DNA of 64,000 nucleotides, from the NCBI GenBank assembly GCA_040285825.1, contig JAUPSS010000005.1:1736001-1800000 (forward strand), written 5' to 3'. This stretch comes from Eukaryota sp. TZLM1-RC (taxonomy: Eukaryota > Protista > Metamonada: BaSk clade). The notes under the pieces are model-generated. The model was not told the DNA's origin. It made no database searches and saw only the letters and a list, made by a program, of their open reading frames with translations. Positions 34,600 through 46,439 of this stretch are shown piece by piece. Numbering within the stretch: the stretch's first letter is position 1; each line of letters opens with the position of its first letter. The position numbers and the translations under genes are program-made.

Positions 34600-35744
34600 G
34601 TATTTAGTGAATTTGCACACTTAATTTAATTAACTCATAACTAATGGGACGACTATCATTGAACCAAGATTTCATCTACAAAATCTTGATCTGCTTGCTG
34701 TCTAGCTAAAGCTGCTCTAATTCGATTGAAAAACCGAGGTAATCTATTAATAATGGCAAATTGAATCCGTGAACGCCATAAAAAAATATCAAATCTTTTC
34801 ATTGTTTTTTCTTGCACCATTTGTTGCAAGTAAAACAAAAAAGTTTCTGCTTCAACTGATAATCTTCCATTTATCGAAAATGGGAAAGCAATAAAAACCA
34901 GCTGTGTATTTCTATCGACATTAGCCTCTTCAATATCTTTATCATATTTTTTATGTTTCTCTTTTGCTTTGAAATCCAGAGCAGCCGTAGGATTAAGTTT
35001 CCTTCTGTGAACCAAAGTATCATTTGCAACATTACATAAGACAAAGTCAACAATAGCTTCAGAATTATCAATCCAATCACAGTATACATCACCTCTATCA
35101 TCAGAACCAAAATTATTCAGAGAAAGTGTTTCCTTCAGCAGGTGCTCTTTGATACACGATATCCTTGCAGTTTGTGCCATATTGAAAACAGTGTCTCTAA
35201 CAGCATCATGTAATGAAGAACGATAAGTTATCAATTTAAAACAATTCAGGGCATGGCGCAAAGTGAGTTGAGGTGAATTCGAACAAATACATTTTTCTTT
35301 TGATAATAATTGATTAATGGGGATGTTCAAATATAATCTCATTTTTGTCACAAATGCTTCATTAGTGGCACACAATCCAACTCTTCGTGGTACAATGGTT
35401 ACAAAAAGTGAAGAATCTGACGACTTGTTTTCACAAACACCCTTTTCCAATAACAATGAGTGAAGATCTTGATTTAAAACAGCCGAGCTGCATATATTAT
35501 TATAAAGATCTTTTTCATACATTCCAGTCAATCGTTTCTGTAAAGTTCAAAGAGTGTACTTCAAATTTAAAACATTTTTTTCTGGAATATTGCCGTTGAA
35601 TGATTGGGGAAAACATCGACCCCATTTTTCTACATCAATTTTTGAAATTTCTTCATTTGATGCAAAAACAGTGGAACTTTGCGTTGTCATCAATAAATCT
35701 TCCCAATCTGCAAATCTTTCGGAAAACTCAAAGAAAATCCAATC
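34600..35744 (-). mobile_element. 5'-truncated family A CRE-like copy
   Basis: High identity to 27780-28910. TSD ttatagaaaat at 34589-34599 and 35745-35755. Confidence 0.9.
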
Positions 35745-35848
35745 TTATAGAAAATCCAATACCACAAAAAACTATGAACTATCTGTCAAAGATACCTACC
35801 AACCATGCTCAATAAGCACTATGACACAACAATTCTGCTATTTTCCAC

Positions 35849-36205
35849 ATGGCATCTAGACAACGTTCAGAACCAACCCAAGGAACTTTACAATTCTACG
35901 AAGGTGGCTCCATTCTTCCATTTGGTCTCGGTAGATCACCCAAAGGTGGTTGTTTAGTAGACCTCGATAACCAGTCTATAGCCAAGCAAAACCTCACCCC
36001 TGAAGAAAAGGAAAAGTTTAGAGAAATAAAGTTTGCTGGAGGTGAAGAAGGACCAGGTCATCACGTCTACCCTGGTGGAAGAATTCTACCTCAGAGTCTT
36101 GGTGGTGGTAAAGCACCTCCAGGAGGAGTAGACGTAGATGAACAAGGTAACATCACCTTATTAGACCCCGAGAAAGCTAGGAAGGCTGGATATGAACTTG
36201 AATAG
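35849..36205 (+). CDS. 118-aa orphan protein, copy 2 (inverted duplicate of 14906..15262)
   Basis: Identical translation. The shared block covers ~35774-36215 and ~14895-15337. Confidence 0.75.
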   Translation: MASRQRSEPTQGTLQFYEGGSILPFGLGRSPKGGCLVDLDNQSIAKQNLTPEEKEKFREIKFAGGEEGPGHHVYPGGRILPQSLGGGKAPPGGVDVDEQGNITLLDPEKARKAGYELE

Positions 36206-36328
36206 CTGAGTTGTAAGTAATCGTATAACCAATATTTATCTATTAAACAACTTATAAATCAAATAATTCAATCACAAATAATGGTTTTTTTTTGAAAAAA
36301 CCAAAATTATACAATTTTATTATTAACC

Positions 36329-37615
36329 TCAACTCCTTTTACAATAAATCTTATGCCTTTTCCACGACCTCTTTTGGCAAACTCTATCACAGTACCATTC
36401 TAATTTACAGACTGAACACCTAAATTTAGCTTCTAGACCACAATCACTACACCTAGGTTTCTCCAAAATTTCAGTAACAGATGGGTTGGAGTAAAGGTTA
36501 GCTACATCTAAAAGATCATTCATTGCTTCAGGTCCAAAGTAACTGTCGATGTTTTTGATTGATTGATTGATTAGTGATTGATGGTTCTTTAATGTTTCCA
36601 TGAACAAAGGTTCCTCAGAAACAATAAATAAGGAACTTTGGGAAGAATTTGGTTGCATTATAGAAATTTGATCAACAATAGATTTTAATTCGTTTAAAAT
36701 TGGCAATTGATCTAGGTAAATTGGCTTAATAAGACTATTAATTCTTAATAAAGTTTCTCTTCGTTGGTGAGTTATTTCGTATTTTTCAGAAATAAAAGAA
36801 GAAGATAATAAATTCCACAAACTAATGAAAATTGCAGCCTCGAATTTATGAATTATATTTGGATCAGAATCTTCAACAAAAGTCGTGCCATTCCACGTCA
36901 TTCTGAGCTTTTTTGACCTATCAATTATGAGCCAGGGTCGGTGCTCTAGTAACTGAACAAGCAAACAAGGAAAGTCTACTTTTGATAACAAAAAATTTGG
37001 TACAGATAAAGGTAATTCTTCTCTTCTATCGACAATAAAGCGTAAAATAAAACCCAAATTAATACAAACCGAGAACTGAATTCTCTTATATTTCTCAATT
37101 AATTCCTCCTTTCCAGAGGATTCTAGAACCTTCAATGGTTGACAAGTTAAAAGGAAAGACAACTTGTCAATAGCAAAAGAAACTAAATCTAAGAGCATTG
37201 GGTCGGCCGACACAACAGTTTCTTTGTTGTAAAAGGCAATTTCGAGTAGATTGGCCAATGTACATGCATGAAACAGGACAAAATAAGTCTTTGGTGAAGA
37301 GAGGAGAGTGGTGGAAGAGGAAGAGGAAAAGACATTGCTTATCCAGACGTCAAGTGTTAGGAGTTCCTTAATGAGAATAGTAATAGCGTCATAAGAAAGG
37401 AGCAGGTCGACAACAAACTCATCTTGGTTAGCTTGGGCAGATTGGTGAGCTTGTAAGTTTAGCTTTTCGATAGAAGAGCGTTGGGACATCCATGGTGATG
37501 ACGCAACTTGGTCTAGGGCAAACTCCTTAAGTGACTTAACAATTTGCTCTGCTTCATAAGGAGAGAGTATAGGTCCATCAGGAAAGGACTGTTGTTCAGC
37601 AGCAATGCTCGTCAT
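36329..37615 (-). CDS. ZMYND10: Zinc finger MYND domain protein 10 (dynein assembly factor)
   Basis: EKLNLQAH, DEFVVD, YFVLFH..TLANLLE, and a C-terminal MYND finger RCSDC...RCSVC..EWYCDRVCQ..SW..HK..C. Confidence 0.9.
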   Translation of the reverse strand: MTSIAAEQQSFPDGPILSPYEAEQIVKSLKEFALDQVASSPWMSQRSSIEKLNLQAHQSAQANQDEFVVDLLLSYDAITILIKELLTLDVWISNVFSSSSSTTLLSSPKTYFVLFHACTLANLLEIAFYNKETVVSADPMLLDLVSFAIDKLSFLLTCQPLKVLESSGKEELIEKYKRIQFSVCINLGFILRFIVDRREELPLSVPNFLLSKVDFPCLLVQLLEHRPWLIIDRSKKLRMTWNGTTFVEDSDPNIIHKFEAAIFISLWNLLSSSFISEKYEITHQRRETLLRINSLIKPIYLDQLPILNELKSIVDQISIMQPNSSQSSLFIVSEEPLFMETLKNHQSLINQSIKNIDSYFGPEAMNDLLDVANLYSNPSVTEILEKPRCSDCGLEAKFRCSVCKLEWYCDRVCQKRSWKRHKIYCKRS

Positions 37616-38133
37616 TCTTAGAGATAGTGTCTATATCAATGGGGTGGCAAATGTTGAGGGGTTATTCTTCTCTCAAATTCCAACTAAATAATTATACTAA
37701 TAAATAAAAATAATTAAATAATCAAGATTACCTAAGTCAAATGATGGTGGATTAGATTGAAATGACGTTTTCTTGAGCTGCACCCATCCTTTGGCCTGTG
37801 AATCTTGCATTGAGTTGATCCATGATTAATCAATTCCACAAGTGAATCAGTACTATGATTAAATTGATTGAAAATGACATAGAAGGCTCCTTCATCATGC
37901 GTTTTACTGAGCAAGACTTCTTTTGGTCCATTCTATCACAATGCCATCTTTCTCATCTATCTGTTTCAACTCCACTAAAATGAATGAAATTTCTTATTTT
38001 ATTACCAAGAACTAATAAAACTGAATAGATTCATTGTTGGATACCTAATAATATCATCTGAACGAGAGAATGCACAACTAGAACAGCAAACTTAAGCATT
38101 TGCATCGTGATACAGTGAATTTATTTATTTTTT

Positions 38134-39273
38134 CTACAATTTGACAAAAATCTTCATCTTGTACAAAATAAATGTTACCAAAAACCAGAAAAAAGAATGT
38201 AACAAACCTCCAAACATTGAAGCCATCTTTGGGCACAATCCAATAGTTCCAGAGAGAAACTTAAAAGGGGCGGCATAGAGGCCCAAAAATCCCAAAGTAA
38301 TTGTCAGCATTGAAGAACCAACGAAGATAACCAAAGAATTACTTCCCATTACTTTAAAAATAAAAAAAGGTTTTTTAATTTCATAAATATCAATCAAATA
38401 ATACAGTAAGTAAAAGACAAATCCTGCAATTCCACTACAAACTAGTGAATAGGAAGGGGTCCACAAAGCCTTGTTAATTGGAATTACAAAAGAAAATAAA
38501 AGACCGGAGAATAAACAAATAAATGAGAAAATTAACACAGACTTACTATTTGATTTAGATTTTAAAACAAAAAAACCTAGTAAATACCCTAGAAAAGGAG
38601 TAGAAATTGATGATAAAGTTGTAAAAAGACCTTCAGGGTCATAACTTCCCTGTCTCCAATTATGCTCCGTTCCCCATATACTTTGGTCAAAATACCCACC
38701 AAAATTACAGTGAGGAGAAAGGTCTCCCGTTTCACAGTTAGGAACAGGGAAAAACAACATGAAAGAAAGGTATATTAAAGAAAGAGTGATAACGAAAATT
38801 GACTGAGCAATAGGTTGATTTGGGAGTAAAACATTAAGTGAAGCAATTGCAAAATAGCATAGACCTATTCGTTGAAGGACACCAGCAAACCTCATGGTAG
38901 AGAAGATGTCGTCAGGATGGTAAAGAAGACGAGAGTAAAAGTTAGGGATCAAGCCAAAAAGAATAAGAAGGAGTGATCGGCGTAGAACCTTGGAAAAAAG
39001 TAGAGGTTTAGAACGTGAGGTAACGATAGCAAGGGCGAAACCCATGGAAAAGAGAAAGAAAGGGAAGACGAGATCCGTGGGAGTTAACCCATCCCATTCA
39101 GCATGTGCCAGAGGTGGAAAGAGATGTGCCCATGACCCTGGATTGTTGACAAGACACATGAAGAATAAAGTTAGACCACGAAGGACATCAAGAGAGAAGT
39201 AGCGACGCACCTTTGCTGTGGCGGTGGAATCAGTGTCTAGAGCAGATTGGTTGATGATGGTAACTCGAGGCAT
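38134..39273 (-). CDS. HGSNAT-like membrane acyltransferase (short, bacterial-type)
   Basis: SLDVLRG, LVNNPGSW, HAEWDGLTPTDLVFPFFLF, GVLQRIG, DPEGL, PINKALWTPSY. Confidence 0.88.
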   Translation of the reverse strand: MPRVTIINQSALDTDSTATAKVRRYFSLDVLRGLTLFFMCLVNNPGSWAHLFPPLAHAEWDGLTPTDLVFPFFLFSMGFALAIVTSRSKPLLFSKVLRRSLLLILFGLIPNFYSRLLYHPDDIFSTMRFAGVLQRIGLCYFAIASLNVLLPNQPIAQSIFVITLSLIYLSFMLFFPVPNCETGDLSPHCNFGGYFDQSIWGTEHNWRQGSYDPEGLFTTLSSISTPFLGYLLGFFVLKSKSNSKSVLIFSFICLFSGLLFSFVIPINKALWTPSYSLVCSGIAGFVFYLLYYLIDIYEIKKPFFIFKVMGSNSLVIFVGSSMLTITLGFLGLYAAPFKFLSGTIGLCPKMASMFGGLLHSFFWFLVTFILYKMKIFVKL

Positions 39274-39451
39274 GGTAACTCAAAAAATGCATGTTTCTAT
39301 ACATATTAATAAATTTTTATATCTATTTTTATTATCTAGCTGTTGTTGATGATACTGTCATTGTTAATTCTGTTACAGCTAGAGGGTAAATCGAGATGAT
39401 GCTGATGACTACTAATAGAGATACATTTTATACGAATTAGATACCATGGTG

Positions 39452-41633
39452 CACTTGTCAAAAATTCAAAAATGGATGTTCGTCCTATTGCAGTCTCTGA
39501 GAGCTTACATAATATTTTTTCTGCGTGTTGCTTAAGCAGGTTCAATGAAAAAGCTAAAAAGATTTTATTACCCTTTCAATATGGTATAAATACTACAGAT
39601 GGAGTCTCTTCAGCGATTTTTGCTACTGATGTCTTTTTTCGTCAAAATGAATCCAATGTTTGCATGTCATTGGATTTTAGTAATGCTTTCAATTCGCTAA
39701 GTCGTCGCAGTATCCATGGTGCTCTATTGCAATATATGCCAGAATTAATACCATATTTTCAATCAACATATTGCACATATTCTAATTTACATTTTGGTAA
39801 CAACATTTTGATTTCATCAAGTGGCGTAAAGCAAGGAGATCCGTTAGGACCTCTTTTGTTTTGTTTGGCCATTCATCCTATTCTACTGCAAATTCAAGAG
39901 ATGTTTCCTTCACTAAAAATGATTGCATATATGGATGATGTTGTGCTTATTGGAGAATTAAATATTGTGAAAAAAGCAAATGTATGTTTTAAAGAATTAT
40001 TTACCAAAATTGGTCTCCGACTTAATTTACTTAAATGTGTTTTGTTATCGAATTCTCCAGTTTCCACAATAATTGATGATATTGAAATTCAAGCCAAATT
40101 ATATTCAATTGATGCTATTCGTCATTTGGGTTCGTTTTTAGGAAATAATGATGAAATTACCAAAAAATTGTTTGAAAAGTTGAATTCAATTTCTGACAAA
40201 ATTGACCGAATGATGAATTTAGATATAAAAAAACACATCAAATTTACCATTATAAGACTGTGTTTTAGTTCCAATTTTAATCATATATTTCGATCTACAA
40301 ATCCTCTCGTCACTAGACCTTTGGCTCAAAAGTTTAATGAGTTACGTGCAAAAGTTCTGTCTCAATTATTGGGATGTAAAATGTTTCAAATTCCAGATCA
40401 TGCTTACCTTAGTCCACAATATGGTGGTTTAGGGTGGACGAAGGCTTCTATTCTTACCTCGTGTGCTTTTGTTGGTGGATGCAGAAATGCAATCTTTGAG
40501 TTCTCCGAAAGATTTGCAGATTGGGAAGATTTATTGATGACAACGCAAAGTTCCACTGTTTTTGCATTAAATGAAGAAATTTCAAGAATTGATGTAGAAA
40601 AATGGGGTCGATGTTTTCCCCAATCATTCAATGGCAATATTCCAGAAAAAAATGTTTTAAATTTGAAGTACACTCTTCGAACATTACAGAAAAGATTGAC
40701 TGGAATGTATGAAAAAGATCTTTATAATAATATTTGCAGCTCGGCTGTTTTAAATCAAGATCTTCACTCATTGTTATTGGAAAAGGGTGTTTGTGAAAAC
40801 AAGGTGTCAGATTCTTCACTTTTTGTAACCATTGTACCACGAAGATTTGGATTGTGTGCTACTAATGAAGCATTTGTAACAAAAATGAGATTATATTTGA
40901 ACATCCCCATTAACCAATTATTATCAAAAGAAAAATGTATTTGTTCGAATTCACCTCAACTCACTTTGCGCCATGCTCTAAATTGCTCTAAATTGATAAC
41001 TTATCGTTCTTCATTACATGATGCTGTTAGAGACACTGTTTTCAATATGGCACAAACTGCAAGGATATCGTGTATCAAAGAGCCCCTGCTGAAAGAAACA
41101 CTTTCTCTGAATAATTTTGGTTCTGATGATAGAGGTGATGTATACTGTGATTGGATTGATAATTCTGAAGCTATTGTTGACTTTGTCTCATGTAATGTTG
41201 CAAACGATACTTTGGTTCACAGAAGAAAACTTAATCCTGTGGCTGCTCTGGATTTTAAAGCAAAAGAAAAACATAGAAAATATGATAAAGAAATTGAAGA
41301 TGCAAATATCGATAGAAATACACAGCTGGTTTTTATTGCTTTTCCATTTTCGATAAATGGAAGATTATCAGTTGAAGCAGAAACTTTTTTGGATGACTTC
41401 CAAAAAATGGTGAAAGAAAAAACAATGAAAAGATTTGATATTTTTTTATGGCGTTCACGGATTCAATTTGCCATAATTAATAGATTACCGCGGTTTTTCA
41501 ATCGAATTAGAGAAGCTTTAGCTAGACAGCAAGCAAATCAAGATTTTGTAGAGGAAATCTTGGTTTAATGATAGTCGTCCCATTAGTTATGATTTAATTT
41601 AATCAAGTGTGCAAATTCAATAAATTAATTTTT
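39452..41633 (+). mobile_element. 5'-truncated family A CRE-like copy with an intact RT-RLE frame
   Basis: Nearly identical to 26735-28910. Open 698-codon frame. TSD ataccatggtg at 39441-39451 and 41634-41644. Confidence 0.94.
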
Positions 41634-42227
41634 ATACCATGGTGGAAAGTAGCAATCATTTTGAAATCGCAATCAGCATGTCAGACAACTCTCAGCGAGA
41701 TTTTCCTGACATTTCACATTCTTCTAACATCATGCAGCAAAAGGAGAAAAAGGATAACGAGGTAACGGACTTAGTTTCCACCTCCTCCTTCAACCTGTTC
41801 TTCACAGAACAGCAGAGTTGTTCATCCCAAATTCCTCAGTCGGGAACAGTCATCCTGCTTTACAGGAATAAAAGGAAGGTCAGAGCCTCGATTTCCTATT
41901 GGAATGTCGTTTTGATCCTTCCATGGGGGTAGAGTACACCACTTTTTTGAGACATCAAGTGAGTCATGATATGGGTGCTGTTGAATCAGCCATGGTCATA
42001 ATCATTTTAGATATAGGTTGTTGTTCTTGTTTGTGTTTTGTTTTGAATTGTTATTTTGATGTTTTTGAGTTTGTTGTTTGTTGAGGTTTAGGTACTTGTA
42101 CTGTAGATCTGGGATGTTGTGCTTAATTTGTTATTTTGACAATGTTGAGTTTGATGATTATGTTTATAGTTTGTGTTTTCTATCCAGTAACTTGCATCAT
42201 CTTCTATCAACAAACCCATTTTCTGTT

Positions 42228-44752
42228 GATTCAAAAATGGACGGAGATGTTGAAACAAATCCTGATCCCAAAAAGAGGAGATCCAATTGCAAATCAACTC
42301 CTCCATTAAAAATAATCAGAAAAGCGGTTTTCTACCAACAAACATCAAAGCGTAAGCGTAAAAAAGAACAAAAATGCACTGAACCGAAAAATTTGTATTG
42401 AGAAAACAATGTTGAATATCGAGAGCAGGAAAATTTTGGCAAAAAGAAAAATTGAAACCGAGTATGGTCAAAACAGTTGAGCCAAGTTTTAGTGGCTTCA
42501 AGCCTGATACTTTGATTTGATTCAAATCAATGACCCCAAATCAAAATCTTCCCACTGTTATGTGCTTCGATCTTGAAACATTTCAGGGTGGTCATTTTCA
42601 CCAAACTCATGATGGCCAATTTCTTCCTCCTGACAAGATTTTCAACAAAAAGAGAAAAGAGTATGCAATTCCTTAGAAAAGGAAAACTGATGAGCAAAAG
42701 AATGAGTATATTTCAGATCAAAAAATCTTTTTAATTTTCATTGTTTTTGGACGATTTGACTGCCATAATTTCTTTTCAAAGAGTAAATATTCACTTATTT
42801 TGAGAATCAGTCCTCAAGTCAGCAGATTACCAGACATTGATATGGATATTCAGGGAGAAATTTTCTTACAAAAAAATCTTGCTTCCTAGGTTTTTAAACA
42901 TTATTGGTAATCATCAACCTCATTGTTGTCTCAATCACAAGTTAATGCAGTTTGATTCACAGATTTTGAAAAATAGATTAAATTATTTTGGTTTATCATT
43001 TCCCACGGTTCCAGATGATACAGCAATTGATGTACTCAATCAACTTTCTTCAAGATGGAGGGAAGTTGTCATCAGGAACAATGGCTTTTTTCTTTTAGAC
43101 ATACTGGTATTTGCCAAAAAATTCATAAAAGTACAATATGGTTATAGTTTAGGCAATCTGGCATATAAAACGATTAGTGAAAAGCAATTCAAACTTCATC
43201 AAGAATTTATCAATATTTTATTTGTTGATTGTTTAGCAACTGATTCACTTAGACAAAATTTGATTCAATACGGGCTCCATGATTGTGTACTATGTCTCAA
43301 ACTTTTTGTATTGTTTCAAAAAGATAAATTCATTTTGCCATCTTATAAAACCATTCGTGCCACCGTCAACTCAATGGTTTAACATTCAAATGTGATATCC
43401 ATATTGAAAGAAACTGCTTCAAAATATCAACCATTACGAATTCAAACTACATGTTGCTTGAAGATGTATTTACAGTCCCGATTTGAACGTTATTTAATAC
43501 AATCACAAATATCTGCCAAACTATATGAATCTTTGATGGCCAGAATTCGTTGTATTTCAGCTGATTATCATGGGCAAAAAATGGTAAAACCAAGAAGTGC
43601 ATTTCCACAAGATTTTGAAAACTTTGTTTATGGTAGAGGAGTTTAAACTTTAAGAACTACTTTTGAGCAACAAAAGTTAAACAAAACATTGAGTTATCTT
43701 GATCACTTAAGACACGCGCCTGAACAGTATCCACGATTTCCAACTGATGGTTTCAGTAGACCATCTGAGTATATGGCCCCAGTATTGTTTGCCAATTTTG
43801 AGAGTAATTTGAAATTAAACTATGAAAAACATATTAATCGATTTATCATTGTTTATTTTGACAAACCAGATGATGAAAATGTGTTAGCAGAAATGCACAA
43901 GCTGGGTGGATATTCAACGCCATTATCCTCAATTATTTTACTATATAGATTTAGGCTTCGTCAATTCCAAAACTTGTTTTTAGTTGATGATAAAGATTGC
44001 TTGAGTTCTTCGTTTCACCATCCAGAAAATATTTTAGACCTTCTGAATGATAAATTTTTCGATTTATGTGAACAACATAATATAAGAGGTAATGAACGTA
44101 AAGACATATTGAAAATCTTATTGAACCATTTACTTGTCAAATTGAGAATTTGGTCGCTGACGAGAATTTAGTTGATAACATATTTCCAGTGGATATACAT
44201 TTTCTTCCAGACGCTGTAGAAAAAGATCGTCAAATATTTCTAAAACCAGCAATTACATATGCCAAATATATTTCCAGTAGAGAGAGAAAACCTTATCATA
44301 TTTCGCCTGTTTCAACTACTGTAGGTTTTGGATATTTTCAATCGACACAAGAACAATATGGAGAATTATTCAACAATTATTAATTGATGATTTATCACCT
44401 ACACAGACGCTAAAAATGTCCAATACACTAGCCTAAATTACGCAATTCAAACCACCTGAACAACTTGACTTCTGGTCCAATATTCTAGATTTAAATTAAC
44501 CAATGTTCAAACAGAAGGGCTACGAATTCAGCAACATTATCCATACAGATGGATTTAACATTGCAGTAGAATTTGTTGGTTGAGATTTGCAAGGTTAGAA
44601 ATGTAAGCCAGACCACAAAGCTAGTATTTTTAATTTATATATTGATGTTGTTGATGTTGATACTTTTCAAGGCAAACGAATTGTTGTTTGTGATCCTGGA
44701 AAATGTGATTTATTGTATCTTAAGAGTAAAAAAACGGATCAAGAATTAGCCA
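42228..44752 (+). pseudogene. Decayed polyprotein, copy 2: 2A-like peptide - PolB-type 3'-5' exonuclease - Fanzor1 (truncated after RuvC-I)
   Basis: DSKMDGDVETNPDP (42228-42269). ExoI VMCFDLET (D 42569, E 42575), ExoII NHKLMQFD (D 42954), YSLGNLA, ExoIII QYGLHDC (43266-43286). Fanzor NLKLNYEKHINRF, IHTDGFNIAVEF, RIVVCDPGK (D 44692). Homologous to 18815-21310. Confidence 0.85.
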
Positions 44753-46430
44753 TGTCTATCTGATATTGCTTCATTTTTGCTAAAAAACCAAGGTAAACAT
44801 GAACTGATTGTGTTGGTTATCACTGCAGTGACCAAAGGAAAAGCATTATTAAATTACAAAACCTGAATTTAAACTATTGCCACGTCATCACAAGTGATTT
44901 GATGTTATCCAACATCTAACACTACCCCTTCTTCACTTTCTTTTTTACCGATGGGGAAATACTTGTAAATGGATTGAGTACAACTTCATACGACTCTTCT
45001 TCTAAAAAGTCACTACCGAAAACATTCAGCGCGTCTCCAAGGCATGAGTCAGAACAGTTATTAACATCTGCTTCACTAACAGCACAAAATACAGTGTTTA
45101 CCTGTTCTAGTTTTTTAAAACTATGAACATGAGCGGATCTTTTGATGTCGAAAGTTTGGGCAGTATCATTGTGAAAAGGACAATTATCAGCAATATGACC
45201 AATCTTATGGCATCTGTAACAAGTTTTGGCAGCAATATCTGTATCTCTGACGGCAGAACAAGTATTTGTATTTTAGTATTAGATAACGATTCAGACCAGA
45301 CTTTAGATCTATCATGGTCGACAATTTCGTCGGTAGCAATTTGCCCAAAGGTTTTGAAATCAGGTAACAATTGATCATTAATATGGACACAACGGATTCA
45401 GGTCAGACCTTTAGGAGCAATACCAGCAGCAATTCGTTTCATAAAAACATTATTTGGGATGGCAAGGCCTTCAGCCTTTTCCTTCACCTTCAGAAAGTTT
45501 CTGAGGTAATTATTCATTTTTTCTTTGGCACCAGAAATCTTGACGCTCAATTTCAACCGAGAGACCGTTCGTTGAAAGCTTCATATGATAAAAATTGTTT
45601 AGCAATTTCAAATAGTTGAGTAACACACTATCGGAAGTCTTTACCTTAGATTCATACAACTTTAGAGACTTCAAAATAAAAAAATCTACAGAGAGTTTTA
45701 AGGAAACAACTTTGGTGCTATCAGTGACAGACTAATACACTTCAAACTCGGTTAAAAACATACATACATCTTCCTCGGACAGCGAGGTCAGATAAGGACG
45801 GTCGACAGGACGCATCGCACGGCTTTATCAAAGGCAGGTACAAGAACAGTGACGGGTCTGGAACAGGAACAGAGACAGGGACAATAACGTTATTGTTGGT
45901 TTCCACTGCAATGACCAAAGGAAAAGTTGTATTAAATTACAAAAACTAAACTTAAACTATCGCCACGTCATCACACGTGATTTGATGTTATCCAACATCT
46001 AACAATTGAGCGAAAAAGGCGCAAGAAAAAACCTACTTTATCATAAATGCCTGGTTTTCTAGAGACGAAAAATTGCTTCAATATTGTCATCAGGATGATC
46101 TTTGATTTTTTAAGGCTATTAACTATTTCTTGCATTCTGATACACAAAAACTATTAAAATTAACTTCAATGAAAATATCAAATGTGGACTCACAAAATGA
46201 GTTCCTGACCAAAGTGTTCAAACAGTTATTCAAGGGATGATGGTTATTATTGACAAAATTGTATGAAGAACATATTTATTACTCAAATTGTCTTACTTGG
46301 ATTGCTTTTTCAAATATGAAAAACCAGTGGTGTTTTCCAAAGAACTTATTAAAGCCACTGTGTGGGTGGTCAAAACATTTGACAATAAATATTGTCGTTT
46401 AAAACAAGAAAAAAAAAGTTTGATTTATTA
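44753..46430 (+). pseudogene. Fragment of a divergent exonuclease-Fanzor1 fusion (ExoIII plus Fanzor N-terminus), split by the LTR element
   Basis: CLSDIASFLLKNQGKHEL (44753-44806). After the LTR insertion: KLLQYCHQD (Y at 46082), then with one frameshift IKCGLTK*VPDQSVQTVIQGMMVIIDKIV*RTYLLLKLSYLDCF..FSKELIK (46177-46353), a typical Fanzor1 N-terminal pattern. Confidence 0.6.
44811..46004 (-). mobile_element. 1194-bp non-autonomous LTR element (TRIM-like or internally deleted)
   Basis: 111-bp direct repeats at 44811-44921 and 45894-46004 (11 mismatches), TGTT...AACA termini, 4-bp TSD ATTG (44807-44810 / 46005-46008). Polypurine tract aaaaaagaaagtgaagaaggggtag abuts the minus-strand 3' LTR. 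Confidence 0.88.
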
Positions 46431-46439
46431 CTTTCTGAA

